Assembly: GCA_038087875.1 (NCBI GenBank)
Contig: CM075988.1
Coordinates: 10,170,001 to 10,234,000 of the forward strand
Source: Malacoraja senta
Taxonomy: Eukaryota
Length of the DNA: 64,000 nt
Direction of reading: 5' to 3'
The position numbers and the translations under genes were made by a program. The notes under the pieces were generated by a model. It made no database searches. It was not told where the DNA came from and saw only the letters and a program-made list of their open reading frames with translations. Below are positions 38,707-50,394 of the stretch, one piece after another (the stretch's first letter is position 1; every line of letters begins with the position of its first letter).

Positions 38707-38902
38707 TCACGTTGACTTTGCCTGATGGGAGAGGAGAGAAGAGTGAGTGACCAGGGTGCGCTCATCCTTGATTACGCTGCTGGTCTTGCCGAGGCAGCGT
38801 GAGATATAAATGGAGTCAACAGAAGGGAGGTTGGTTTCTGTGATGGTCTGGGCTGTGTCCACAATTCTCTGCAATTTCTTGCAGTCGAGGATGGGGCTGT
38901 TC

Positions 38903-39540
38903 AGATCAGATTCAGATTCAGATTCAGATTCAAACGTTATTGTCATTGTGCAGTGTACAAGTACAGGGACAACGAAATGCAGTTAGCATCTCACCCAGAA
39001 GTGCGAACACAGAATAATGGAACGGTAAAATATATATATGTACAAACAGTAGCAGTAGTGCAATTTTCTGGGGGGTTGGGGGGGGGGAGATCAGTCACTG
39101 GGGGAAGGAGTGTCCGAGGGGGGGGGTGACTGGCAACCACCAAGGTGCAGAGTTAAGTAGGGTAACAGCCACAGGAAAGAAGCTGTTCCTGAACCTGCTG
39201 GTCCGGCAACGGAGAGACCTGTAGCGCCTCCCAGATGGGAGGAGGGTAAACCGTCTGTGGTTGGGGTGAGAGCAGTCCTTGACGATGCTGCGCGCCCTTC
39301 GCAGACATCGCTTGCTCTGGACAGACTCAATGGAGGGGAGTGAGGAACCGGTGATGCGTTGGGCAGTTTTCACCACCCTCTGCAGTGCTTTCCGGTCGGA
39401 GACAGAGCAGTTGCCATACCATAATGTGATACAGTTAGTAAGGATGCTCTCGATGGTGCAGCGGTAGAAGTTCACCACAATCTGAGGAGACAGATGGACC
39501 TTCTTTAGTCTCCTCAGGAAGAAGAGACGCTTGTGAGCCT
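38903..39540 (-). mobile_element. second Rex1/Babar 3' fragment (same subfamily as 33592-33893)
   Basis: NFYRCTIESILTNCITLWYGNCSVSDRKALQRVVKTAQRITG...RNSFFP; (aatctg)n tail. Confidence 0.85.
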
Positions 39541-40349
39541 TCCCAAACCAAGCTGTGTTGCATCCTGATAAAGCACTTTCTATGGTCCCTCTCTAAAGTT
39601 GGCGAGAGTTGTGAGGGACAAGCCAAACTTCCCAAGCCTTCTAAGGAAGTAGAGTTAGATAAAAGTGATGTTAAACTTTACTTCCTCATAAAGATAATGG
39701 CATACATATCTGCAAACATGCAGACACACACATTCATTTGTGGATGAGCATGTGTTCAATCTGACACGAATGCATATGAATAAATCTGCAATAACTTATA
39801 AACATAGAGAGGTATATACAATCTGAATATATGTATCAATTCAATTGTGCATGAAAAATTCAAATGTACTTGTCAGGAAATACTGTATATGTCAAATTCA
39901 TAACATGAAATGAATTTGTAAATACGCACAGACAGATTTAAACAAAAGTGATTCAGGGGCATTATTTCTTTCTCAGAATTTGGAAGTGGAAGATAATATG
40001 GGAACTTAAAAATACGCTTGATTTGTACCCTACATGCTTGTTCCACACACCATTGACAAACAGTACACTGCCTGCTGTGTGTTCCACATAAAATTCACTG
40101 TAATTACCTACTCAGACTAATCTAACATTACCTCCCAAACCCACAAACTCTGCTACCAAGAAGGAAAGGGCTGCAGGTGTATGGTAAAACCAGGTTGTAC
40201 ACCATTCTGACTTGGAAGTGATTTTCTGTATCGTTGCTGGGTCTAAAGCCTGGAGGTTCCAACCTAACAGCACCATGGAAATACCTCCATCGAATACCAT
40301 TCACATGGTAGAATGGTGGCATTCACATCACATGAGACAAACAGTCAAT

Positions 40350-40780
40350 GATTCCATTCCCACTCCCAGCCTTCCCAATCCTACCATCAATTGGATCTAT
40401 AAGAGGCAATGCCTCAAGAAAGCAGCCAGTATCAACAAAGACCCACAGCACCTTGGCAACACTCTCATTTCACCCGTACCATCAGGAAGAAGGTCTAGGA
40501 GTCTGAAAAATGTGATGACCAGCTTCAAGATTAGCTTCTTCAAGCCATTGAGCATGACACAACATTAACCTCAACTGTGAACTACAGTATCTTGGTTGCA
40601 CTAAGGACTTTGCTTCCCTTTGCACTAGTATTGGTGTTATTAATTAATTTATTTTTTTGTTTATTATATATTATCTGTTTATTGTGTTTACAGGCCTGTT
40701 ATCCTCCTGCAAGTAAGAATTTCATTGCACATTGTTGATACATATGACAATTAAGCTCTCTTTACTGTTGACTCTTGAAA
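40350..40780 (+). mobile_element. Rex1/Babar 3' fragment
   Basis: YKRQCLKKAASINKDPQHLG...PSGRRSRSLK...FKISFF. Confidence 0.7.
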
Positions 40781-41539
40781 CAGTAATGTCAGGCCTAGCA
40801 CTGTAATGTGGACAGAACCAGTGTTGTTCGGATAAGATGATAAATGCTGATTTTGATTGACTGCAAAAGCAGATGCCAAACATCCCAAGGTGATATTTGA
40901 AAGGAAAAATAATATCATGAATATTTATTAATATTTATCTGTCAGATAATATCTATAAAGCCAGTTATTTGGTCATCATTACATTGACATTTGTAGAACC
41001 TTACTGAGCACTGATTATCGTACTTGCTTATTATGATTCAAGAGTGGTTTGCCACTTTTAAAACTCATTTGGGAAGTCCTAAAGTCACATCCCAAACTTT
41101 TGGATAGGAGTAAAATAAATTCAAGCTTTATTTTGTTGTGCTTTCTTTTGATTCTTCTGCAATCCCAGACCATTTCCCCTTGGGCTAGCCCACAGGGACC
41201 TAGTCCTTCTCATGTCATTTTCCAATATCCCAACAAAGCCACTCTATTCTTCACAAACAAGAAGAATAAATGTTCAATCTCTTCCGCTCACTAAATGTCT
41301 CCTGTAAAATGTGAGACCATTATTCATGGCGGCCTCCCAACTTGCCATCTTCCATGACGACCGTGCCCCAAGGTCTCTGTCACCAGCTGAACAATTGCCA
41401 TTCATGCTGAAAGAGGGTAAATCCATATCCTTTTACAGGCTCTTCTGTCAAATGTGCTATTGCATCCAGAATGTTTTGGCTCAGATCCTTTCCAATTGGA
41501 CTTCCCTGCTTCCAACTGCCTCTCCTTTGATGTTTTTTT

Positions 41540-42012
41540 TTAGTTTCATTTAGAAATTTCGGTCCACCAAGTCCGCGGCGACCAGTGATCCCCACACACT
41601 TACACAATCCTACACATACTGGGGACAATGTACAATTATACCAAGCCAATTAGCCTACAAACATACATCTACATATGGAGCGTGGGAGGAAACAGGAGAT
41701 CCCAGAGAAGACCCATACAGATCACAGGGAGAACATACAAGCTCCATATAATAATAATAATAATGAATTTTATTTACGGGCGCCTTATACCGAGGTCTCA
41801 AGGACACCTTACAGAGATTTATAGGAAACATATAATCAGAATTTAAAAAATAAGTTATAAAGACCTTCAAATCAGGGACAGAATTCCTTCCAAAAAGACA
41901 AAAAAAGAAAATCAGAAATTTGAGGAGAGAGCAGCGGCAACGAAACCGCGCCAGCGTCCACTCTCCCCTCTGACCCGTAGTCAGGATAAAACCCGGGACT
42001 CCGTGCCACCCT
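41540..42012 (-). mobile_element. V-SINE interrupted by an L2-type 3' end (~41748-41972)
   Basis: SINE core on both sides; the insert ends (minus strand) gtgtccttgag...aaggcgcc...aaataaaa(tta)n, an L2-like terminus. Confidence 0.65.
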
Positions 42013-43039
42013 ATCTAACTTTTATATCAGTAGTTACATGTTTGCTGAACACCCTCTCTCCTTAATAAAATGTCTTTTAAATATGTCTTTTTCTCCAAGC
42101 TCCTGCACATGATATTCCCAGGTAGTCTCCCAACCAAGCATTCCACAGTGCTTTATAAACTGGGTAATCCGAGGAACCACAGCACACTTATGCGTAAGTC
42201 CCCTGCTATTTCATCTGTATAAGGGCATCCAGATGACAACCATTTGGCACAAATTTTGGCACAGCAGCGATCCATAACTAGCGCCAAATTTCTAATGAAT
42301 TAAAATGGGGTGAGTTAAAATGTTATTTGCACAATCTGACAAAGATACTGTGGGGATCCCTTAATTACTGCCTTGATGCCAATCTTAGCTTTAAGCTTCA
42401 CTGGCTCTTGAATTCATCAATTAATCCAAAGAGGACGTGTGAGAGGAGCTATCTGGAAGAGGAAGAAAGCTGGAGCCCAGCAAGATCTCTATTCAGATTC
42501 AAAATAGCTTCTCCCTCTGGAGATCTGTTGTATAGTTGGACGATGCAGTAGTGAATACCTTTCCTTTAATTTAGATAAGTTGAGAGAGGAGAGAGACAGC
42601 TGGTGGTGGTAATTACACTGGATGTTTGCCTTACATTCCCAATGGTTTCCATTTGACCTCAGGATATTTAATGCATCAGTGCTCTAGTTGTCTATCTGCT
42701 TTCATTTGTTAGGTTCTAGAGAATTAGCGATGGATTTTTGTTTTAACTCACACAATCCCTTCAGTTCATTTCATTTTAAAATGTAGGAACACAGACATCT
42801 GTTTCCCACATGAACTATTTCATTCTGGATCTGAGCTGTACCTTCTACAACAGAAGAGAGCAGTCATATTTCACTCGTGTTATACCCGTGATACTTATTT
42901 TGTGTTGAGTGGCCATCCCATATCGAAGGGACGCAAAATAGCTTTCCTTCCGATGCTCATACTCCCACCTATAACATTTATACTGCTATATAACACCTGC
43001 ACTGATGGCCGATGAAGCCCTAGATAAAAATCAGATTAA

Positions 43040-43520
43040 ATTTAGACACGAAGAACTGCAGATGCTGGATTACAAAACAAAAAGACACAAAGTGCTGGAA
43101 TCACTCAATGCGGGTCAGGCAGCATCTCTGGAGAATGTGGACAGGCAAGGTTTCAGGTCGGGGCCCTTCGTAAAACTGATTGTTGGGTGGGGGAGAAGAA
43201 AGCTGCAAGAGGTGAAACGGAGTCTGACAAGTGATGGGTGGATACAGGTGAGTTTTTTTTTTAATCGGTTGGACAAAGGCCAGAGATGGAAAATGTGAAA
43301 TATGGCGATCAGGATAGAAGATGCTTGAGAAGTGAAGCCAGAGGAAGGAATGTAGGTGGAAGGGGATGGGGGAAGGGAGGAAGGAAGAAGAAAGGGAGAA
43401 ATGGGTGTGCATTCAAGTGTGGCACATGAAAGAGAGGGGGAAAACAGGGGGAGAGGTAGGGGGTTGTTTGTAGGTGAGTTGGTTTTCATCATCAGATGTA
43501 AGCTGATACTTCGCCTCACA
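43040..43520 (-). mobile_element. decayed Penelope pLTR/3' UTR
   Basis: gaactgcagatgctgg...gtcaggcagcatctctggag and degenerate hammerhead. Confidence 0.65.
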
Positions 43521-43979
43521 TGTATCCACAAAAAAACATAAAGCTTTCGCCTCAGAGACTTGCATTGATTGTGGAGGAAAGATCGTTGAATGACCCTTCA
43601 CCATTCTTTCAAAAAATTGATTCCTTTCCCATCAGCACAGCACTCTAATACTGGCCTCCTACACTGGAGAGAAAACAAATTACATCATATGCCAATATCT
43701 ATAAGACGCGGAGTGGTTTTCTATTGGTGTCTTAATTTAGAAGCAGGGAATGCAATGTCCAAGAGTTATTTCCCAGCATTTATGCCGTTAATCTGATTTC
43801 AAAAGAGCAGTGCAGACTAGTGCCCATGGAGAAGGCAGGGTTTATAGCTGTTGCTACTGTTTGGCAACCGTATTTAACAACATAAATAACAGGCACCAAC
43901 TGGCAGCTGCCTGGTTCCCATAATCAGGCTGAAAGGCAGCAAACGCAGAGTCAACATTTCCTGATTGTGCAATGTAATT

Positions 43980-44590
43980 AGAGTCATAGAGTCACACCGC
44001 ATGGAAACAGGCACTTCAGCACAATTTGCCCACACTGACCAACATGTCCCATCTACACCAATCCAACCTGCCTGCGTTTGGCCCATATCCCTCTAGACCT
44101 ATCCTGTCCATGTACCTATCTGAATGTTCCTTAAACATTGCAATAGCACCTGCGTCAACTACCTCCTTCAGCAGCTCGTTCCATATACCCACCACCCTTT
44201 GCGTGCACTTAAACGTCTGTCTCACCTGGAAGGACTACTGGGGGTCACTGGATGTAATTGAGAGAGGAGATGTAGGGACAGGTCTTACACCTCCTACAGT
44301 TTCAGGGCAAAGTGTCTGGGGAGGAGGTGGGTTTGGTGGGACGGGCTGAGCATAACAAGGAGTGACAGAGAGAGAGTGGTCTCTACAAAAGCGGAAAGGG
44401 GTGGGGACAGGAAGATGTGACTGATGGCGGGATCATGTTGAAGATGGAAGAGGTGCACGTACAACTTTGTTTCACCTCCTGTCCTTTACACCAGCGAGTC
44501 CAATCATAGATTAGGCGACGGTTTCACCAAACACTTGTGTTCTGTCTTCCATGTCCTGGTGGAGCACCTCAGTTGCTAACTGTTTTAACT
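43980..44590. mobile_element. CR1 3' end (43980-44200, -) followed by inverted Penelope linker/GIY-YIG scraps
   Basis: QRVVGIWNEL..EVVDAG; 44205-44450 resembles 16270-16510; 44490-44590 resembles the plus-strand GIY-YIG. Confidence 0.55.
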
Positions 44591-44759
44591 GATACTCCTC
44601 AGACAATAATGGGAGGAAAGGACAAGCCGTAGAGAGGACATCGGCTCCAGGAGACAGGAGAAGAGGGTAGCGAAAGACAGTCTGGTAGAATGTTTTGGCA
44701 ATGTGATCTCAGGGCTCAGGCCTGTTGAATTAAGTGAAATTCCTACAGTGACTGCATTG

Positions 44760-45395
44760 GCACCTTAAACCTATCATTCTTCATTCCGCCACTCTGGGTA
44801 AAAGACTGTGCATGTACCCTATCGATTCCTCTCATGATCTTATACACCTCTATAAGATCACCCCCTCATCCTCTTGCACTCCAAGGAATAAGGTCCCCAG
44901 CCTGCTCAACCTATCGCTATAGGTCAAGTCCTTGAGTCCTGGCAACATCCTCGTAAATCCTCTCTGTACTCTTTCCAAATCAACATCTTTCCTATAACAT
45001 TGTGACCAAAACTGAACACAAGACTCTAAATGCAACCTCGCCAATGTCTTATATAATTGTAACATGACCACACAATTTCTATATCCAATACTCTGACTAA
45101 TGAGGGTCAATGTGCCGAAAGCCTTCATGACCACCCTATCTACCTGTGATGTCTCTTTGAAGGGACTATGTACCTGTACTCCTAGATCCTTCTGCTCTAC
45201 AACACTCCACAGAGCCTTGCCATTCACTGTGTAGATTCTGCCCTGGTTAGACATCTCAAAATGTAACACCTCACACTTCTCTGTATTAAATTCCATCAAC
45301 CATTCCTCAGCCCACACGCCCAACTGATCAAGATCCTGCTGCGATTTTTGAGAACCATCTTCACTATCTACTATACCACCCACTGTACCATGTCA
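44760..45395 (-). mobile_element. CR1 ORF2 C-terminal fragment
   Basis: GGIVDSEDG...QQDLDQL..WAEEWLMEFNTEKCEVLHF...KDLGVQV...LYKTLARLHLESCVQFWS. Confidence 0.85.
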
Positions 45396-46043
45396 ACTGT
45401 AAAAATTGAAATATGATTAGGCTTTCTTTGATTGCCCTGTTCAAAATTGAGTTTGAAGTGACACTGATTTTGAGTGTCCTTTTGGTTCTGGTTACTCATA
45501 ATCAATTTGTTATGACTGATGAAGTAATTTTTAAAAACCTTGTACATTAAGTAGGACTTTGTTGGTCTCTGGCTGGACTTGTGTATAAGCATATTATTGG
45601 TTATATTGAACATTTCATCAAACATTCTTCATATTTCTTCTTTCACTTGCACTCCATCTCATTCAGAATTCATAGTATAACCTGAACCATCAGTACCATA
45701 TTAAGTTGAGCAAGCAAGATGCAGAACTAGTTCCAGCAGCAATGTTCAGTCCCTGTCCAGTAGCCTCCAGGTCAAGGAATAACAATTAATCTCATAAGAT
45801 GTGTTTCCTCTTCGGAACCAAGGTTCTCAGACTCTAGGATAGGTGATGAGAAAGACTGGCAAAGGTTGTGGAATAATTTAATTCAGGGAAGACTAAAAGC
45901 AATGTGCGATCCATTATTGTTGCTCTTTAGAAATCACGAGAGTGCTCTTCAAACTCTATTCCTTCCAGTCTTTACAGCCCTTCCCCGCAGTTGAAAGACA
46001 AATCCTAGTGATTGGGGTCACAAACATCGACGTGATTGAAAGT

Positions 46044-46243
46044 NNNNNNNNNNNNNNNNNNNNNNNNNNNNNNNNNNNNNNNNNNNNNNNNNNNNNNNNN
46101 NNNNNNNNNNNNNNNNNNNNNNNNNNNNNNNNNNNNNNNNNNNNNNNNNNNNNNNNNNNNNNNNNNNNNNNNNNNNNNNNNNNNNNNNNNNNNNNNNNNN
46201 NNNNNNNNNNNNNNNNNNNNNNNNNNNNNNNNNNNNNNNNNNN
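46044..46243. other. assembly gap (200 N)
   Basis: run of N; true length unknown, so contiguity across it is not guaranteed. Confidence 0.99.
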
Positions 46244-46377
46244 GGTCGTTGGTCGGAACAATCCCAGTGGGCCGAAGGGCCTGTTTCTGCGCTATCTATA
46301 ACTAAACTAAACTTAACTCTTGACCCCTCTTCCTCTGGTTGCTTTTTCTTTCTCCACTTCCCCCCAGTTTCACTTGT

Positions 46378-46612
46378 TTTAGAAAGAACTGCAGATGCTG
46401 GTAAAATCAAAGGTAGACGCAAAATGCTGCATGGAGTAACTCAGCAGGCCAGGCAGCATCTCTGGAGAAACGGAATAGGTGACATTTCCGGTCGAGACCC
46501 TTCATCAGACTGAATGGTCCGATGAAGGTGTCTCGACCCGATACGACCCCTATTCCTTTTCTCCAGAGATGCTGCCTGACCCGCTGAGATACTCCAGAAC
46601 TTTGTGTCTACT
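46378..46612. mobile_element. Penelope fold-back unit (hammerhead motif with CUGAUGA at 46481-46508, minus)
   Basis: inverted pLTR arms around a ~10-bp spacer; decayed PLE RT scraps follow at 46620-46990. Confidence 0.75.
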
Positions 46613-47010
46613 TCCTGTTTCATGGTCCCCGAGACTCACACATCCTACCCACACCTAGTAGGCCCATCATTTCAATTTGTTCATTACCCACACCATCTAT
46701 ATCTTCAAACCATGATTCTATTCTTTCTCCCTTTGTCAGTCTTTTCCCACTTACATCTGTGAAATGTCTGATGTCCCCACCAACTCCCTTTCCTCGAGGA
46801 AGTCCAATGTCACTGGACCTCCATCCCACACCACAATGATCTGGAGGGCCTTCCATGTATTCTTTGAACATAGGCTCAATGACATACCCTCCATCAACAT
46901 CCTATGCTTGGCTGAAGTTGTTCTCACATTGAACTACAGCTTTAACTCCACTTCATTTACTTCCTCCAAACCAAAGATGTGGATTTGGAAACATGAATAA
47001 GTCTAAGCTC

Positions 47011-47197
47011 AAGATAGACACAAAAAGCTGGAGTAACTCAGTGGGACAGGTAGCATCTCTGCAGAGAAGGAATGTGGGTCTCGACCCTAAACATCACCCA
47101 TTCCTTCTCTGCAGAAATGCTGCCTGGCCTGCTGAGTTACTCCAGCTTTTTGTGTCTATCTTCGCTTTAAACCAGCATCTGCAATTCCTTCCTACAT
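47011..47197. mobile_element. Penelope fold-back unit, 187 bp
   Basis: inverted arms; duplication ataagtc(t/g)aagctc at 46997-47010 and 47198-47211. Confidence 0.8.
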
Positions 47198-47284
47198 ATA
47201 AGTCGAAGCTCTCTCTTTCTCTTTGTGGGATACATGAAACTTGTTGGGAATTTAAGGATATGGATCATGTGCCGGCAGATTAGA

Positions 47285-47597
47285 TTAGTTTAGTTTAGTT
47301 TAGAGATACAGTGTGGAAACATGCCCTTCGGCCCACCGAGTCCATGCTGACCAACGATCCCCGCACACTAACAATATCCTACACACACTGGGGACAATTT
47401 ACAGTTTGACCGAAGCCAATTAGCGTACAAACCTGTACATCTTTGGAGTGTGGGAGGAAAATGGAGCACCCAGAGTAAACCCACACGGTCACGGGGAAAC
47501 GTACAAGTTCCGTACAGACGGCATCCGTAGTCAGGATGAACCCGGGTCTCTGGCACTGTAAGACAGCATCTCTCCCGCTGCACCACCATGCTGGCCG
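47285..47597 (-). mobile_element. V-SINE, full length
   Basis: reverse complement of 111-420 type with (taaac)n tail. Confidence 0.85.
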
Positions 47598-47923
47598 TTA
47601 GTTTATCTTTGCGTCATGTTCAGCACAAACATTGCAGGCCGAAGGGCCTGTCCCTGAGCTATGTTTTAGTCCAACCACAATCTCCTTTACATCTTTTTCT
47701 CGTACATTAATGATCACAGCACTGTTTCCTTTTCTCATACTTGCAATTTTTCATTAACTTTGCTGCCAATTTGAATAGAGCTAAACTCCAAATGGTGTTG
47801 TTAATAATCAGGGATTGTTTAATTAAATCCAAGGAATGTCCTATTATATAATACAATACAATAATACTTTATTAGCCAAGTATGTTGTGCAACATACGAG
47901 GAATTTCATTTGCCAAGTCAGTC

Positions 47924-48770
47924 TTTCCACTAGGGGTGCTGCATTGTAGGCGCCTCTGCCTACAGCCTGTCCGTTTTTTCCTATATTTTTTTAATTTTAG
48001 TTTGTCTAAACAGTTTTGTTTTGGGGATTCTTTCGTTTTTCTATGTGGGGGAGGGGGAAACCGCTTCCCAGTTGTTTCCTGGCGGGGATGCGACTATTTC
48101 TCCGAGTCGCGTCCTTGCCCCCCACCTCGCGGCCTACCACTGGATCAGAGCAGCCTTTCCTAACGGAGACTGGGGGCCGGACCAGAGCTTCGGCAGTGGC
48201 GGCGCGGCGCTGGATTCACCGCGGAGTGGGCGATACCTACCTGGATCGCCGTTTGAAGCTCCGGAGCGTTGGTCCCGCCGCTCCAACATCGCGGGGCTGT
48301 GGTTCGCGGTGCTCCCAGCACGGGCGGCGCTGACCAACATCGCGGAGTCCTGGGGCCCTTTGCCGAGGGCCGCCAGCATTGAATCTCCGCCTGGCGCGGC
48401 CTGGGGACGTCGGGAGCTGCGGACTCCGATGGGAAGCGGCCGATTCGGAGGTCCAAGCCACTGAGGTTGGCCTCCCGTTCCAATGTCGGAGTGCCAACAT
48501 CCCAGCGAGCAGGCCTGAGCGGCGGGCTGCCCGTAGCGGCGACTGCGGAGGGCTCCGGAGGCCCCGACCACGGGTGAACATCAGAGGGAGATGACTGACT
48601 TTGGTGCCTTCCCTCACAGTGGGAAACTTTTGATTCTGCTGTGTGGGGATGTTTTATGTTGAACTCTATCGTGTGTTGTATTCTTTATTTTATTGTATGG
48701 CTGTATGGTGATCACATTTCACTGTGCCAACTGGCACATGTGACAAATAAATGTATCTTGTATCTTGTAT
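47924..48770 (+). mobile_element. GC/CpG-rich non-coding retroposon, longest copy, inserted in an antisense relative (47849-47923 and 48771-48880)
   Basis: 15-bp hairpin 48081-48119, repeated ccaacatcgcgg, 3' stem-loop tcactgtgcca-ac-tggcacatgtga, AATAAA, (tgtatct)n tail; flanks match 4965-5142 in reverse. Confidence 0.7.
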
Positions 48771-48949
48771 CATACAAATAAAAAGTAACAGAACACACAA
48801 AATACATTTTAACATAAACATCCACCACAGTGACTCCTCCACATTCCTCTCTATGGAAGGCGAGTAAAAGTTTGATCTCTTCCCTTCTTAGTTCTATTAT
48901 GAGACTGTTCATACAGTTATCCCATTTTTGCATCCACTCCCGACGCATT

Positions 48950-49140
48950 AAGGGCAATTTACAGAGCCTAATTTACCTCCACGTCTAAAGGGAGGAAAAT
49001 TGAGCGCCCGGAGAAATCCTGCACGTTCACAGAGAGACCATGCAAACTCCATGCAGACAGCATCCGTGGACAGGATCTAACCCAGGTCTCTGGCACATTC
49101 AGGCAGCCGCTCCAATTAATGTACCACTGTGCTGCACTTG
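48950..49140 (-). mobile_element. degenerate V-SINE
   Basis: reverse similarity to SINE head/core. Confidence 0.55.
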
Positions 49141-49564
49141 CTTGAGTAATCCTCTTGCTCAACATTTCGGGTCTTCAGGCTGGAGATGGGTCCTGACCCA
49201 CTGAGCTACTCCAGCCAAAGGTCACCAACCTGAAACATTAACCCTGTTTGTGTTTCCAGAGACCACAGGACTTATTTCCAGCATTTCATTATTTTGTTCA
49301 CATTTTCAGCAACTGCAATTTTTGCTGTTTGATTTAGAATCTAATTAGTTGACTATTTCCATACAGAGAAGTAGCAAAATGGGATGTTTAAGTAGCATCT
49401 GCAAAATATATATAAATAACAACATTCATAAAATAGTATGTGGAATCTACCTTCTGCCACATTAATATCAATAAAGTGATATCATAACTCCTGTTATATT
49501 TGTACTGGGTGCTCATGACATTGGAGGGTATCTGACCCATTGCGGATTTTAATGAAATTGTTTC

Positions 49565-50300
49565 AAATCAAGTCAAGTCACTTTTATTTCTATAGCACAT
49601 TTAAAAAACAACACTCGTTTGGCCAAAGTGCTTTACATTGGTGGAGGTACTAACGTTATACAACAGTAGTTCATAGATTAAGTACAAACATAAATACATA
49701 CATATAGCCCTCCCTCAGATGATGCCAAGAAAGGCTTGAGAGTAAAGATGAGTTTTAAATCTCGACTTAAAAGAGTCGATGGAGGGGGCAGTTCTGATGG
49801 GAAGAGGGATGCTGTTCCACAGTCTAGGAGCTGCAACCGCAAAGGCGCGGTCGCCCCTGAGCTTCTGCCGAGACCGCGGGATGTTCAGTGACCCCAAGTC
49901 GGCCGATCTGAGGGACCTGGAGGTGGTGAGGTGGGTAAGCAGACTTTTGATGTAGGTGGGGGAAAGCCCGTAGGTGGGGGCTTTGTAGACATAAAGAAGG
50001 ATCTTGAAATTTATTCGGAACCACACAGGGAGCCAGTGGAGAGAGGCCAGAATCGGGGTGATGTGGTCCCTTTTTCGGGTGCCCGTCAGGAGTCTCGCTG
50101 CGGCGTTTTGGACCAGTTGCAGGCGGGACAGGGAAGATTGGCTGATACCAGTGTAAAGGGAGTTGCAGTAATCTAGGCGGGAGGAGATAAATGTGTGGAT
50201 GATCTTTTCGAGGTCGTCAAACTGGAGGAATTGTTTTATTTTAGCTATCGTCCGAAGCTGGAAGAAGCTAGCTTTTACCACGGCATTGACTTGTTTATAA
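49565..50300 (-). mobile_element. L2 LINE 3' fragment
   Basis: HTFISSRLDYCNSL...LQLVQNAAARLLT...HITPILASLHWLPV...GDRAFAVAAPRLWNSIP...FKSRFKTHL; (acttg)n tail. Confidence 0.9.
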
Positions 50301-50394
50301 AGGAAGCTCGAACCTTGAAATTCTCCCTTCAACATGCAATGCCTTAATTATGTCTTAATCATTTAAAGATGACTTTGAAAACAGTATCGGAGTC

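Larger units (their letters stand above)
38075..39655 (-). mobile_element. Rex1/Babar 3' fragment hosting two insertions
   Basis: host segments 38075-38388, ~38716-38902 and 39541-39655 read KKLQRIVDTAQTITETNLPSVDSIYISRCLGK and TTRFGDSLFPAVIRQLN. Confidence 0.75.

Noticed and set aside
45942..46422. ORFs spanning 46044-46243
   Set aside because: Artefacts of translating through the N gap
47882..48617. Overlapping 100-150 aa ORFs in the GC-rich element, or a host CpG-island promoter
   Set aside because: Open frames are expected at this GC content and are not shared by other copies; the segment is a repeat with a retroposon tail
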